Assembly (NCBI RefSeq): GCF_003918875.1
Contig: NW_025767048.1
Span: forward strand, 186,001 to 250,000
Source: Haliotis rubra
Taxonomy: Eukaryota
Length of the DNA: 64,000 nt
Direction: 5' to 3'
Position 1 is the stretch's first letter. The number at the start of each line of letters is the position of its first letter. The position numbers and the translations under genes are program-made. Below are positions 40,736 to 51,483 of the stretch, one piece after another. A model generated the notes under the pieces. That model worked only from the letters and a program-made list of their open reading frames with translations, did not search any database and was not told the origin of the DNA.

Positions 40736-40867
40736 GGACCATCAGTGTTCACAAAGCTCTCGTAAGCCTAAGATCTCGTAACTTTTCTCGTAGCATCCGT
40801 ACCTCCTATATTGTATCATTGACTTACGATAGTCGTAGCGCTACGAGGGATTTGCAAAATGGGCCCA
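40736..40867. mobile_element. Degenerate MITE related to the 21080 element
   Basis: Imperfect inverted ends (CAAAGCTCTCGTAAGCCTAAG / GTAGCGCTACGAGGGATTTG); shares the GACTTACG.TAGTC.T.GCGCTA motif. Confidence 0.5.
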
Positions 40868-41222
40868 GGCTCTTTTCAGTAAAGTAACGTTTTGGTAACA
40901 TTTGTAATGTTTCAGTCAAATCCAGTTTTGAATGTCTACATTCTTTTGCCTGACAGCTCAGTAAGCAGTTCGTTACGGACAAGTTGTTTATGTGAAATGG
41001 CTGGTTCCTCTTGACTTTTAATAGTCTCGGACAAACAGGCTAGTGCCCGCGCCAATCCCTTGAGCATATTAACACAGAGTCGATTCAAATCTTGCTCTCA
41101 TCATGAATGGTAACATCGGGGTGTAATTATCAGTGAAATAGCCCTAGAGCATCAATGTGAGGGATACACCCACAGCACAAAGTATTCTGCAACGTAATTA
41201 CCAAGAGAAAAATGCTACTTAC

Positions 41223-41377
41223 AGTTTCGTGATGTTGACTGATAAGTTGTTAGGAATTTCCGTAATATTCTCCCCTTTGCAAGTGACACTTTCCGCATTA
41301 TCAGCCACTAGCCAACAAAATGTTTCCTCTGCAATGCTCAGTCTCAGCAGTTCAAACAGAAGAAACAGGCCCAACAT
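41223..41377 (-). CDS. First coding exon of an extracellular leucine-rich-repeat protein (signal peptide + LRRNT cap; possibly an LRR-GPCR or other LRR receptor)
   Basis: Translates MLGLFLLFELLRLSIAEETFCWLVADNAESVTCKGENITEIPNNLSVNITK(L). The C..VxCxxxxITEIPxNL..xITxL pattern fits LRRNT; perfect GTAAGT donor in phase 2 within Leu, typical of LRR exons; acceptor ttacag| at 41397. Confidence 0.8.
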
Positions 41378-41844
41378 GATGATATTCACGCCTCCTCTGT
41401 AATTACCACCAAACAGTAACTTTCATTATCTTCCTGCCATGTACAGTTCTAAGGATTTATACCACAGATGATAGAATGAAATATCCCATTCATAAACGGG
41501 GGTTTTCCATCGGCGAGCAGCTCGAGACTGACTGTGGTACGACTCTTGAGGACTCACTTCATACTGTTCAACCCCTGGAAGAAAAATGGATTCGTTCAAG
41601 AATGATCCGTTTCTGGCTTTCGACAATGACAGTTGTAGATCCACGACAGAAGTAGGTATTAACAGATTAATGGCTTGTCGGTGCTTTTCATGTGATTAAT
41701 TTCACCAAAATATGGTTTGACGTGTGAATCTTACACAGACAAATCCAAACAGACAATTTCGGCAAAAGTTTTGATTTGTTGTATTATTGTAATACAATGT
41801 AATAAAACTAGCAATATGACATGACATATAACATATATCCTCAC

Positions 41845-41960
41845 CTTAGACAGATACGAAATATTTAACCATGGACGTTTATTCCATCCCGATTTCCACA
41901 CAAACCGCGAATGAGGGATTTGTGACCATTCAAACGATAGGACTGGCTCGTGTCACGCTA
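41845..41960 (-). other. Probable 5'UTR first exon of the LRR gene (5' boundary uncertain; duplicated at ~45288-45403)
   Basis: Minus-strand donor AAG|GTGAGG at 41845/41844 immediately downstream of the promoter motifs; contains a short uORF (MVKYFVSV*). Confidence 0.5.
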
Positions 41961-41994
41961 AGAGTGAATGAATGTCGTCTGCTAGAGAATGTAT

Positions 41995-42060
41995 GCCGGG
42001 TCACATGACCGATACCGATGCTACGCATGCGTAGGACTTATTACTATAAACTTCCGGATG
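41995..42060. promoter_or_regulatory. Candidate bidirectional promoter core
   Basis: GGTCACATGACC E-box (41999-42010), palindrome CTACGCATGCGTAG resembling an NRF1 site (42021-42034) and ETS motif ACTTCCGG (42050-42057) lie between two divergent ATGs about 755 bp apart. Confidence 0.6.
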
Positions 42061-42132
42061 CAGAGAAATTGAAAGAATACCTGATGCTGTAAATTTTGTC
42101 TGGCTACCTTTGTCGGTCGATGTTGACACAAA

Positions 42133-42258
42133 ATGAATTACTATGTGACATGTGTTATTTTGGTTTATTTTCTCCAAATATTAGTGCATTTTGTGCAGGG
42201 ACATGCTCGTTTTGTTTGTCCACGACCACAAAGCCCGCGATCTGACATTTATGAACAG
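42133..42258 (+). CDS. Coding exon 1 of a secreted protein with predicted N-terminal His (LPMO-like / His-brace-like)
   Basis: ATG 42133, 126 nt = MNYYVTCVILVYFLQILVHFVQG|HARFVCPRPQSPRSDIYEQ. Hydrophobic signal peptide ending V-Q-G; donor CAG|GTAGGT at 42258/9, phase 0, matching the phase-0 exon at 50467. Confidence 0.85.
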
Positions 42259-42987
42259 GTAGGTTGTGCACATGTATGATGCATGCGTATTGTTAAAATT
42301 GATCATTTATAAATGAAAACTCGTATGAAATTAGCATGTGCTGTAATTATACTTCTGTTGATGTGTTATTAAAATAATCTGCTTATCACATCAGCAATTT
42401 GGAGTGATAATATTTAATGATTAAACGTCGTGCATTAATATATAAATAATAAAGAATATAAGCGGTATAGCCTATGTATGCGATAAAAGCGTCATTTGTA
42501 CATTTATCTTGTCCTTTTTGTCTTCGGTTTCAAGGGTAATATTATGTTGAAAATTTATGTTTCAAAAATGTAAAAAAGTAAAAATAATACGCAGAGCCTT
42601 CTATTATGATGTGTTTACTCAGCATCATTATTGAAAGATCCCCCATGTATAAAGGGTGTCAAACATTATCATATGCCTCCAACCATCTAAAGGTGTGAGT
42701 AGGTTGATAATGTGATAAACAACTGAAGACGGTTCATTCCTGTGTCTCAGAAATTGGGTACTGTTATGAAATGGGGAAAGTGGGCAAAATGATCTAAACA
42801 GACCTAGTGTTGTAACCCATGTGTGTGCAATGAATTACTGATTACAGGTAACAGTCATTATAGGTGTAGAATGGGTATAGGGGTGCATGACCAGGTGGTC
42901 CAGTTGTGGCAGGTGCCACAGTTTGCAGTGCAGAGTTATTTCCCTTTGGCAAATTCCTTCGCCAAGAATAGGATACGTGGTTTGTGA

Positions 42988-43369
42988 GGTGAGGTGAGGT
43001 GAAATTGGGTTTAACGTTGTGCTTGAGAATATTTCGCTCATATGGCGACGTGCATGCGTGTGTATGTGTATGTGCGGCTGCTTGTACTAGCCCAGACTGA
43101 AGCTGGTTTTACAGTACTAGCCCACTGAGATACCATGCCGCAGTGAAGCATGAATACCCCACTCAGACACATTATACTGACTCCGAGCCGGCCAGTCCTT
43201 GTTGTACCCATTAATGCCGAGCGCCAGGCAGGGACCAACAAGTACCATATTTTAACGTCTTTTAGTATGACGCGGTCGGGGATCGAACCCGCGACCTTCC
43301 GCTCTCGGGCGGACGCTCTAACCACTACACCACGGAGGCCAATCCAAAAGAAAATGTAACTTGTCGGTC
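42988..43369 (-). mobile_element. SINE family C (duplicated at ~46433-46813)
   Basis: TSD ACGTGGTTTGTGA; ~25-nt insert near the 5' end. Confidence 0.9.
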
Positions 43370-43549
43370 ACGTGGTTTGTGAAGTCCCAGCCTGAATATC
43401 AGGTTTCACAAAGTGTAAAACTCCGAAGACCACTTTAACATCAGACATCATGGTAATGTGACACACACTGATTTAACTGAAGTACTGTTCATTGTAGCAT
43501 TTGCAATGACTCTCTCACCCAAATCTATAGACATAGCCAGTTTGGACAC

Positions 43550-43782
43550 AAGAAGATTTGGGTTAAAATTGGTCTTCAGCAACCCATGCTTTTGAAAAGA
43601 TGGGACTAACTGGATAAGGTGGTCAGGCTCTATGACATGTTTGATCATGTCATCGTATCCTAACTGTGTAGATCAATGCTCATGACGTCAGTCACTGGAT
43701 TGTCTGGTCCAGACTCAATTATTTACAGGCTGCCATCATATGGCTGGAATATTGCTCAGACAGTATTAAACAACAAACAAAA
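43550..43782 (+). mobile_element. SINE-like family B, diverged (duplicated at ~46995-47226)
   Basis: Body match. Further degenerate copies at ~23085-23285(+), 28470-28660(-), 35620-35720(-), 54411-54595(+), 60895-61115(+). Confidence 0.8.
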
Positions 43783-43937
43783 TTGGCCAGTTTGGGTTTA
43801 GTCATTTGAACATATGTTTACCAGGCATGATATATATTATTGTCAATCTGACAGTAGTGTATTCCTTTATTGCACAGATAATGTGTAACTTTGAAACATA
43901 ATTTTCTCTGTCAAAGTCAGATTTATATGATAAGGTG

Positions 43938-44270
43938 CAGGGCTCCAGATAATTTTCAGTATCAGGAGATGCATTACTCCTTATTTTTAATTATAGGAGT
44001 ACTGGAAAAACTTTTAGAGTACTGAATTGAATTTAATGGAGTATGTGATCTTGTGTTTTGTTTCTATGCACCATGACATTGCTACTATTGTGTAAACAGG
44101 TAAAAAACAATAAAACAATACTTTTTAAGATAAATACTTCTGTAAATGATTCTACGACCATACACCACTGCTGTGGTGCGTATCTGCTACTGTTTCTATA
44201 TTATTTCCTACCGTATCGTGCATATTTTTTATCCATACATACACCGATACGGCCCTTGTCTGGAGCCCTG
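43938..44270. mobile_element. hAT-like MITE with 5-bp TSD (duplicated at 47383-47715)
   Basis: TIRs CAGGGCTCCAGATAA / TTGTCTGGAGCCCTG; AGGTG on both flanks. Confidence 0.8.
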
Positions 44271-44620
44271 AGGTGCATCGGTTGGTCAGTTAACAAGGTT
44301 AATGATTACCCAGTGTATGCAGAGACATTGTATTTGCTGGACAAGAATCACATCTTAGTCCGTCTCCTAGACTTCAGACAATATATTCCGGAAGGACACC
44401 AAATCAGTTTTAGATTGCTTTAGGTCATGAAACTATTCTAGGTTCCTTTAAGATTTTATATATTTTTTGTTTGTAGATATACATTGTTTTGATAAGTTAA
44501 TATTTCTGGTACTAAATGTCAGCCTAACAACACCTATACCAAATGTGAATACCATATAACCTTGACTGGAAATATGAACCAATGAAATAAGAACAAATTG
44601 TGATAACATTTGTTGGAAAA

Positions 44621-44790
44621 TGAGTGAGTGAGTGAGCATTGCCTGACGCTACTTTTAGCAATATTCCAGCTATATCAAAATTATCATGGTGGGGGACACC
44701 TGAAATGGGCTTCACATATTGTGACCTTGTTGGGAATCGAACCCGGATCTTTGGTGTGATGTGTGAACGCTTTAACCACTAGGCTACCAC
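44621..44790 (-). mobile_element. SINE family A (duplicated at 48066-48235)
   Basis: Consensus match. Confidence 0.85.
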
Positions 44791-45575
44791 TAGCCAGTTC
44801 TGTCAGTTGCCAATGCTGTTATCATCAAGCAGACATCCAGCTGTATCACACATGTTATTAAAAGTAAACCACCTTTTATGAAAATTGTCTTGTTTCCATA
44901 TCCTAGTGCGTCTAAATACAGTTCAAAATGTTCAAGTGAGGTTATAGCATGGTAGTTATCTAATATATGAGCTACAATCTGGAGCATGATGTTAGACCCC
45001 ATTTCCCCTGATCTCTAAACTTTGATTTCAGCAATGTCATCCAAATTTTAAACATGGCTGTCATGTTGGCCATATTGAAAACATTCTATGAGCTGTCCTA
45101 GCCTGTCAACTGGGCCTGTCATTATCTGATGTTCACCAGATGTCCAACCATCCATTTAAAAGCACTGAACATAAAAACTCCTTCTAGCTTACAGAGTATC
45201 TCATTGTCAAGTTTTGATTTGTTGTATTATTGTAATACAATGTAATAAAACTAGCAATATGACATGACATATAACATATATCCTCACCTTAGACAGATAC
45301 GAAATATTTAACCATGGACGTTTATTCCATCCCGATTTCCACACAAACCGCGAATGAGGGATTTGTGACCATTCAAACGATAGGACTGGCTCGTGTCACG
45401 CTAAGAGTGAATGAATGTCGTCTGCTAGAGAATGTATGCCGGGTCACATGACCGATACCGATGCTACGCATGCGTAGGACTTATTACTATAAACTTCCGG
45501 ATGCAGAGAAATTGAAAGAATACCTGATGCTGTAAATTTTGTCTGGCTACCTTTGTCGGTCGATGTTGACACAAA

Positions 45576-45703
45576 ATGAATTACTATGTGACATGTGTTA
45601 TTTTGGTTTATTTTCTCCAAATATTAGTGCATTTTGTGCAGGGACATGCTCTCGTTTTGTTTGTCCACGACCACAAAGCCCGCGATCTGACATTTATGAA
45701 CAG
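45576..45703 (+). pseudogene. Duplicate of exon 1 of the His1 protein, frameshifted
   Basis: Same as 42133-42258 but CATGCT-CT-CGT (2-nt insertion at ~45651) shifts the frame right after His-Ala; donor retained. Confidence 0.7.
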
Positions 45704-48700
45704 GTAGGTTGTGCACATGTATGATGCATGCGTATTGTTAAAGTTGATCATTTATAAATGAAAACTCGTATGAAATTAGCATGTGCTGTAATTATACTTC
45801 TGTTGATGTGTTATTAAAATAATCTGCTTATCACATCAGCAATTTGGAGTGATAATATTTAATGATTAAACGTCGTGCATTAATATATAAATAATAAAGA
45901 ATATAAGCGGTATAGCCTATGTATGCGATAAAAGCGTCATTTGTACATTTATCTTGTCCTTTTTGTCTTCGGTTTCAAGGGTAATATTATGTTGAAAATT
46001 TATGTTTCAAAAATGTAAAAAAGTAAAAATAATACGCAGAGCCTTCTATTATGATGTGTTTACTCAGCATCATTATTGAAAGATCCCCCATGTATAAAGG
46101 GTGTCAAACATTATCATATGCCTCCAACCATCTAAAGGTGTGAGTAGGTTGATAATGTGATAAACAACTGAAGACGGTTCATTCCTGTGTCTCAGAAATT
46201 GGGTACTGTTATGAAATGGGGAAAGTGGGCAAAATGATCTAAACAGACCTAGTGTTGTAACCCATGTGTGTGCAATGAATTACTGATTACAGGTAACAGT
46301 CATTATAGGTGTAGAATGGGTATAGGGGTGCATGACCAGGTGGTCCAGTTGTGGCAGGTGCCACAGTTTGCAGTGCAGAGTTATTTCCCTTTGGCAAATT
46401 CCTTCGCCAAGAATAGGATACGTGGTTTGTGAGGTGAGGTGAGGTGAAATTGGGTTTAACGTTGTGCTTGAGAATATTTCGCTCATATGGCGACGTGCAT
46501 GCGTGTGTATGTGTATGTGCGGCTGCTTGTACTAGCCCAGACTGAAGCTGGTTTTACAGTACTAGCCCACTGAGATACCATGCCGCAGTGAAGCATGAAT
46601 ACCCCACTCAGACACATTATACTGACTCGAGCGCCAGTCCTTGTTGTACCCATTAATGCCGAAGCCAGGCAGGGACCAACAAGCACCATATTTTAACGCT
46701 CTTTTAGTATGACGCTGTCGGGGATCGAACCCGCGACCTTCCGGCTTCTGGTAGGGACGCTCTAACCACTACACCACGGAGGCCAATCCAAAAGAAAATG
46801 TAACTTGTCGGTCACGTGGTTTGTGAAGTCCCAGCCTGAATATCAGGTTTCACAAAGTGTAAAACTCCGAAGACCACTTTAACATCAGACATCATGGTAA
46901 TGTGACACACACTGATTTAACTGAAGTACTGTTCATTGTAGCATTTGCAATGACTCTCTCACCCAAATCTATAGACATAGCCAGTTTGGACACAAGAAGA
47001 TTTGGGTTAAAATTGGTCTTCAGCAACCCATGCTTTTGAAAAGATGGGACTAACTGGATAAGGTGGTCAGGCTCTATGACATGTTTGATCATGTCATCGT
47101 ATCCTAACTGTGTAGATCAATGCTCATGATGTCAGTCACTGGATTGTCTGGTCCAGACTCAATTATTTACAGGCTGCCATCATATGGCTGGAATATTGCT
47201 CAGACAGTATTAAACAACAAACAAAATTGGCCAGTTTGGGTTTAGTCATTTGAACATATGTTTACCAGGCATGATATATATTATTGTCAATCTGACAGTA
47301 GTGTATTCCTTTATTGCACAGATAATGTGTAACTTTGAAACATAATTTTTCTCTGTCAAAGTCAGATTTATATGATAAGGTGCAGGGCTCCAGATAATTT
47401 TTCAGTATCAGGAGTACGTACTCCTTATTTTTTAATTATAGGAGTACTGGAAAAACTTTTAGAGTACTGAATTGAATTTAATGGAGTATGTGATCTTGTG
47501 TTTTGTTTCTATGCACCATGACATTGCTACTATTGTGTAAACAGGTAAAAAACAATAAAACAATACTTTTTAAGATAAATACTTCTGTAAATGATTCTAC
47601 GACCATACACCACTGCTGTGGTGCGTATCTGCTACTGTTTCTATATTATTTCCTACCGTATCGTGCATATTTTTTATCCATACATACACCGATACGGCCC
47701 TTGTCTGGAGCCCTGAGGTGCATCGGTTGGTCAGTTAACAAGGTTAATGATTACCCAGTGTATGCAGAGACATTGTATTTGCTGGACAAGAATCACATCT
47801 TAGTCCGTCTCCTAGACTTCAGACAATATATTCCGAAAGGACACCAAATCAGTTTTAGATTGCTTTAGGTCATGAAACTATTCTAGGTTCCTTTAAGATT
47901 TTATATATTTTTTGTTTGTAGATATACATTGTTTTGATAAGTTAATATTTCTGGTACTAAATGTCAGCCTAACAACACCTATACCAAATGTGAATACCAT
48001 ATAACCTTGACTGGAAATATGAACCAATGAAATAAGAACAAATTGTGATAACATTTGTTGGAAAATGAGTGAGTGAGTGAGCATTGCTTGACGCTACTTT
48101 TAGCAATATTCCAGCTATATCAAAATTATCATGGTGGGGGACACCTGAAATGGGCTTCACACATTGTGACCTTGTTGGGAATCGAACCCGGATCTTTGGT
48201 GTGATGTGTGAACGCTTTAACCACTAGGCTACCACTAGCCAGTTCTGTCAGTTGCCAATGCTGTTATCATCAAGCAGACATCCAGCTGTATCACACATGT
48301 TATTAAAAGTAAACCACCTTTTATGAAAATTGTCTTGTTTCCATATCCTAGTGCGTCTAAATACAGTTCAAAATGTTCAAGTGAGGTTATAGCATGGTAG
48401 TTATCTAATATATGAGCTACAATCTGGAGCATGATGTTAGACCCCATTTCCCCTGATCTCTAAACTTTGATTTCAGCAATGTCATCCAAATTTTAAACAT
48501 GGCTGTCATGTTGGCCATATTGAAAACATTCTATGAGCTGTCCTAGCCTGTCAACTGGGCCTGTCATTATCTGATGTTCACCAGATGTCCAACCATCCAT
48601 TTAAAAGCACTGAACATAAAAACTCCTTCTAGCTTACAGAGTATCTCATTGTCATAATTCTACAATGCCTTCATGTCTCTGGCTATTTCATGCACCTGTC

Positions 48701-49204
48701 GTTTTGAAAAAATGAAAAGTAGCAATCACCACAGTAAATTTAGTAAGTGATATCAGCTTTTTGTCCATGTTACAGGAAAAAGTTTAAAGAAAAGTTTTAA
48801 CAAAAACTGGTTTGTAAAAAAGGTAATTTTTAACCCATGGTAACTGAACATCAAGTTACAATTTGTGCTGTAGATTAACTGATAGATAATTATATTACTG
48901 AAAGTGTCCCTGTGTGTATCCGTTTCAAACACCCAGACATTAATTGATTCATCAGCCTTAGCTGGAAATATCATTCCAGCTCTCTTTTTTATATGTTCTA
49001 TGCACGAAAATGCAATTTTCCAGTTACAATGGCTACTTGGATTGCAGAAGAAAGGTTACGCTTCAGACAATGTTTATTGCTCACGCTTTTTTCTCGTAAC
49101 TATTATGAAATGTGAATAAGAACTTGGTTGTAATGTGGACAAAAACACGTCTGTAAAGTTGGTAGGATCAGCACAAGTTATATAGGATTATTCCTTGGTT
49201 ATCA

Positions 49205-49370
49205 GGGGGTGGTGGGGTAGCCTAGTAGTTGAAGTGTTCGCTTGTCACACAGAAGACCTTGGTTTGATTCCTCACAATTGGTGAAGCCCATTTCTGGTGT
49301 TCCCCATTGTGATACTGCTTGAATATTGCTAATAGTGGTGGAAAACCTTACTTGCTCTCTCACTCACTCA
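49205..49370 (+). mobile_element. SINE family A
   Basis: Diverged full-length copy. Confidence 0.85.
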
Positions 49371-49427
49371 TTCCTTGGATATCATCCAGTTTGTGTGTCT
49401 TAACTGAATGCATAGTATCAACACCCA

Positions 49428-49830
49428 TCATTGTTAGGATCAACACCTGTTTTTCAGAATCTACACCTGATTGTTAGGATTAATACCTGATTGTTAGGAT
49501 GTAAACCTGATTGTTAGGATCAATACCTGATTGTTAGGATCAATACCTGATTGTTGGGGTCAACTGCTGATTGTTAGGATCAATACCTGATTGTTAGGAT
49601 CAACACCTGATTATTAGGATTAACACCTGAATATCAGGATTAACACCTGATTGTAAGGATCAACACCTGATTGATCATCATGTATTTAGGATCAACACAT
49701 AATTGTTTGGATCATCAGCTGTCTTAGGATCATCAGCTGTCTTAGGATCACCACCTGATTGTTAGGACCGGTTCCTGAGTATTGGATCAATACGTGATTA
49801 TTAGAATCAACATTTGATTGTAGGTCTACA
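49428..49830. repeat. 20-bp minisatellite (CCTGATTGTTAGGATCAA(T/C)A)n
   Basis: Roughly 15-20 units, degenerate at the edges. Confidence 0.9.
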
Positions 49831-50000
49831 CTTGATCGTTCGTATGAACACCAAATCATTCATGAACACACAGCATACTGCTGATACACATCTACATATG
49901 TCGTGATGCATACTGTACGTATGTTACTTGTTAGCAGCTTGTTACCGGCTATCTTTCCTCATCAGACTGACCAGCTGTGATAGATCTAGTGGAGCACTCT

Positions 50001-50450
50001 GGGGGCGGTGGGGTAGCCTAGTGGTTAAAGCGTTGGCTTGTCATGCGAAGATCCGGGTTCAATTCACCACATAGGCACAATTGTGTGAAGCCCATTTCAG
50101 ATTTCCCCTGCCGTGATATTTCTGGAATATTGCTAAAAGCAGCGTAAAACCTTACTCACTCACTTATAATTTCAAATTGTGCTAATGTAGACTTTGCTAA
50201 CATGCTGAAAATATGTATGATTTGGAAAAAAGTAGTACATGTATTACCAAACATATTGTCATGCTTATACTGGTAATACTGCATGTCTGTTGCTCACAAT
50301 TGTGTGAAGACCATTTTAGGTGTCCCCTGCCGTGATATTGCTGGAATATTGCTAAAAGCAGCGTGAAGCAATACTCACTCACTCCCTCCCTCCCTCCCTC
50401 TCTCACTCACTCACAATGCACTCACTTACTCACTCACTCACTCACTCACT
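50001..50450 (+). mobile_element. SINE family A full copy (50001-50165) plus 3' half (50295-50450) with expanded ACTC/CTCC tail
   Basis: Consensus match; the tail runs to within ~16 nt of the exon at 50467. Confidence 0.85.
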
Positions 50451-50466
50451 GCACTCTGTGTTTCAG

Positions 50467-50590
50467 TGGCCTACGAAGCAGTTAGACGGACCGTGTGGAC
50501 TGGGCGACGTTATTGACTTTGAAACAGAGTATACAGAGGTGGAGCCTGGCCCCTTCACAGTTGTCTTTGAAGAAACAGTGTTCACTAAAG
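50467..50590 (+). CDS. Coding exon 2 of the same His1 secreted protein
   Basis: Acceptor ctctgtgtttcag|, donor AAG|GTAACT. 124 nt = WPTKQLDGPCGLGDVIDFETEYTEVEPGPFTVVFEETVFTK(G), in frame with exon 1. Further exons not identified in the window. Confidence 0.85.
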
Positions 50591-51483
50591 GTAACTTCAA
50601 AATAGAAATGTGTGATAATTTATTGTGAATCCTTTCCAAGCTGTTGTGTGTGTCTTTCATTTCAAATCCTGTTTGTTTCCGGAAGGGTCGGGACAAGTGA
50701 AGACAAAATTATGTATTATAAATATGATATTAAAAAAAATCGAATAAATTAATTCAATGTTGCATTAAATCGACTCTCGTGCCCTCTGTCCGAACATTAT
50801 TTCAAGCGAACTCCATAGAGTTATGTTCCTTGGAGCGCTCTTTACGAATATCATATGCACAACTTGTGATTGAAACCAGTTTGGCAAACACTGACAACAC
50901 CATGTGCAACGGTTTTAGATCATTCTATGTATGTCAACTGTTCTCTGTTTGGAAGCTGTTCACCTCGAAGTTTCAATTATCGATTTCAGGCAAGTCATAA
51001 GGGATAATAAGTGCATATGCCCCAATACATATAATAAAGGCCAAAATATTGTCGAAAATATTTGACATTGTGCCTTTAAATAAAAAGACAAAACACACAA
51101 AAAATATGATCCTCTTTCAAAAGACAAAGTATATGAATTAGAGTTACCTCCCCTTAGTGAGCTTTAGTCATCCGTAACGAACTTGAGTTTTGCTAAGTGC
51201 TCAAGTTCTTATTGGAGCCCAAATTTATTTAATCATATCTTTATTATGGCTGTTGAACAAGAAGAACAGCTCAACACACATTAGCATGTACTGTGTGTCA
51301 GTGAAAAGATGATAATAAGGACAGTTCTATGGCACTGAACTCCATGACACATGGGCATGCTCAAAGATGAACAATTGTAAGTGATTAGGAAACGAATGGG
51401 AATTAGGCCAGATTTAGGAAGGAGCACATCTGAGGTGAAGGGCAAGGGAGTAGCACAGCAGCAGTGTTTGAAGGATCTGGTAC

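Larger units (their letters stand above)
41766..48654 (+). repeat. 3.44-kb direct tandem duplication (41766-45208 / 45209-48654)
   Basis: Near-identical copies with period ~3443 and identical ORF-track pairs; scattered SNPs and an indel-rich patch at ~46620-46760. Confidence 0.97.

Noticed and set aside
49428-49830. Regular short repeats resembling a CRISPR array
   Set aside because: Head-to-tail 20-bp units with no unique spacers, in eukaryotic DNA: a minisatellite.
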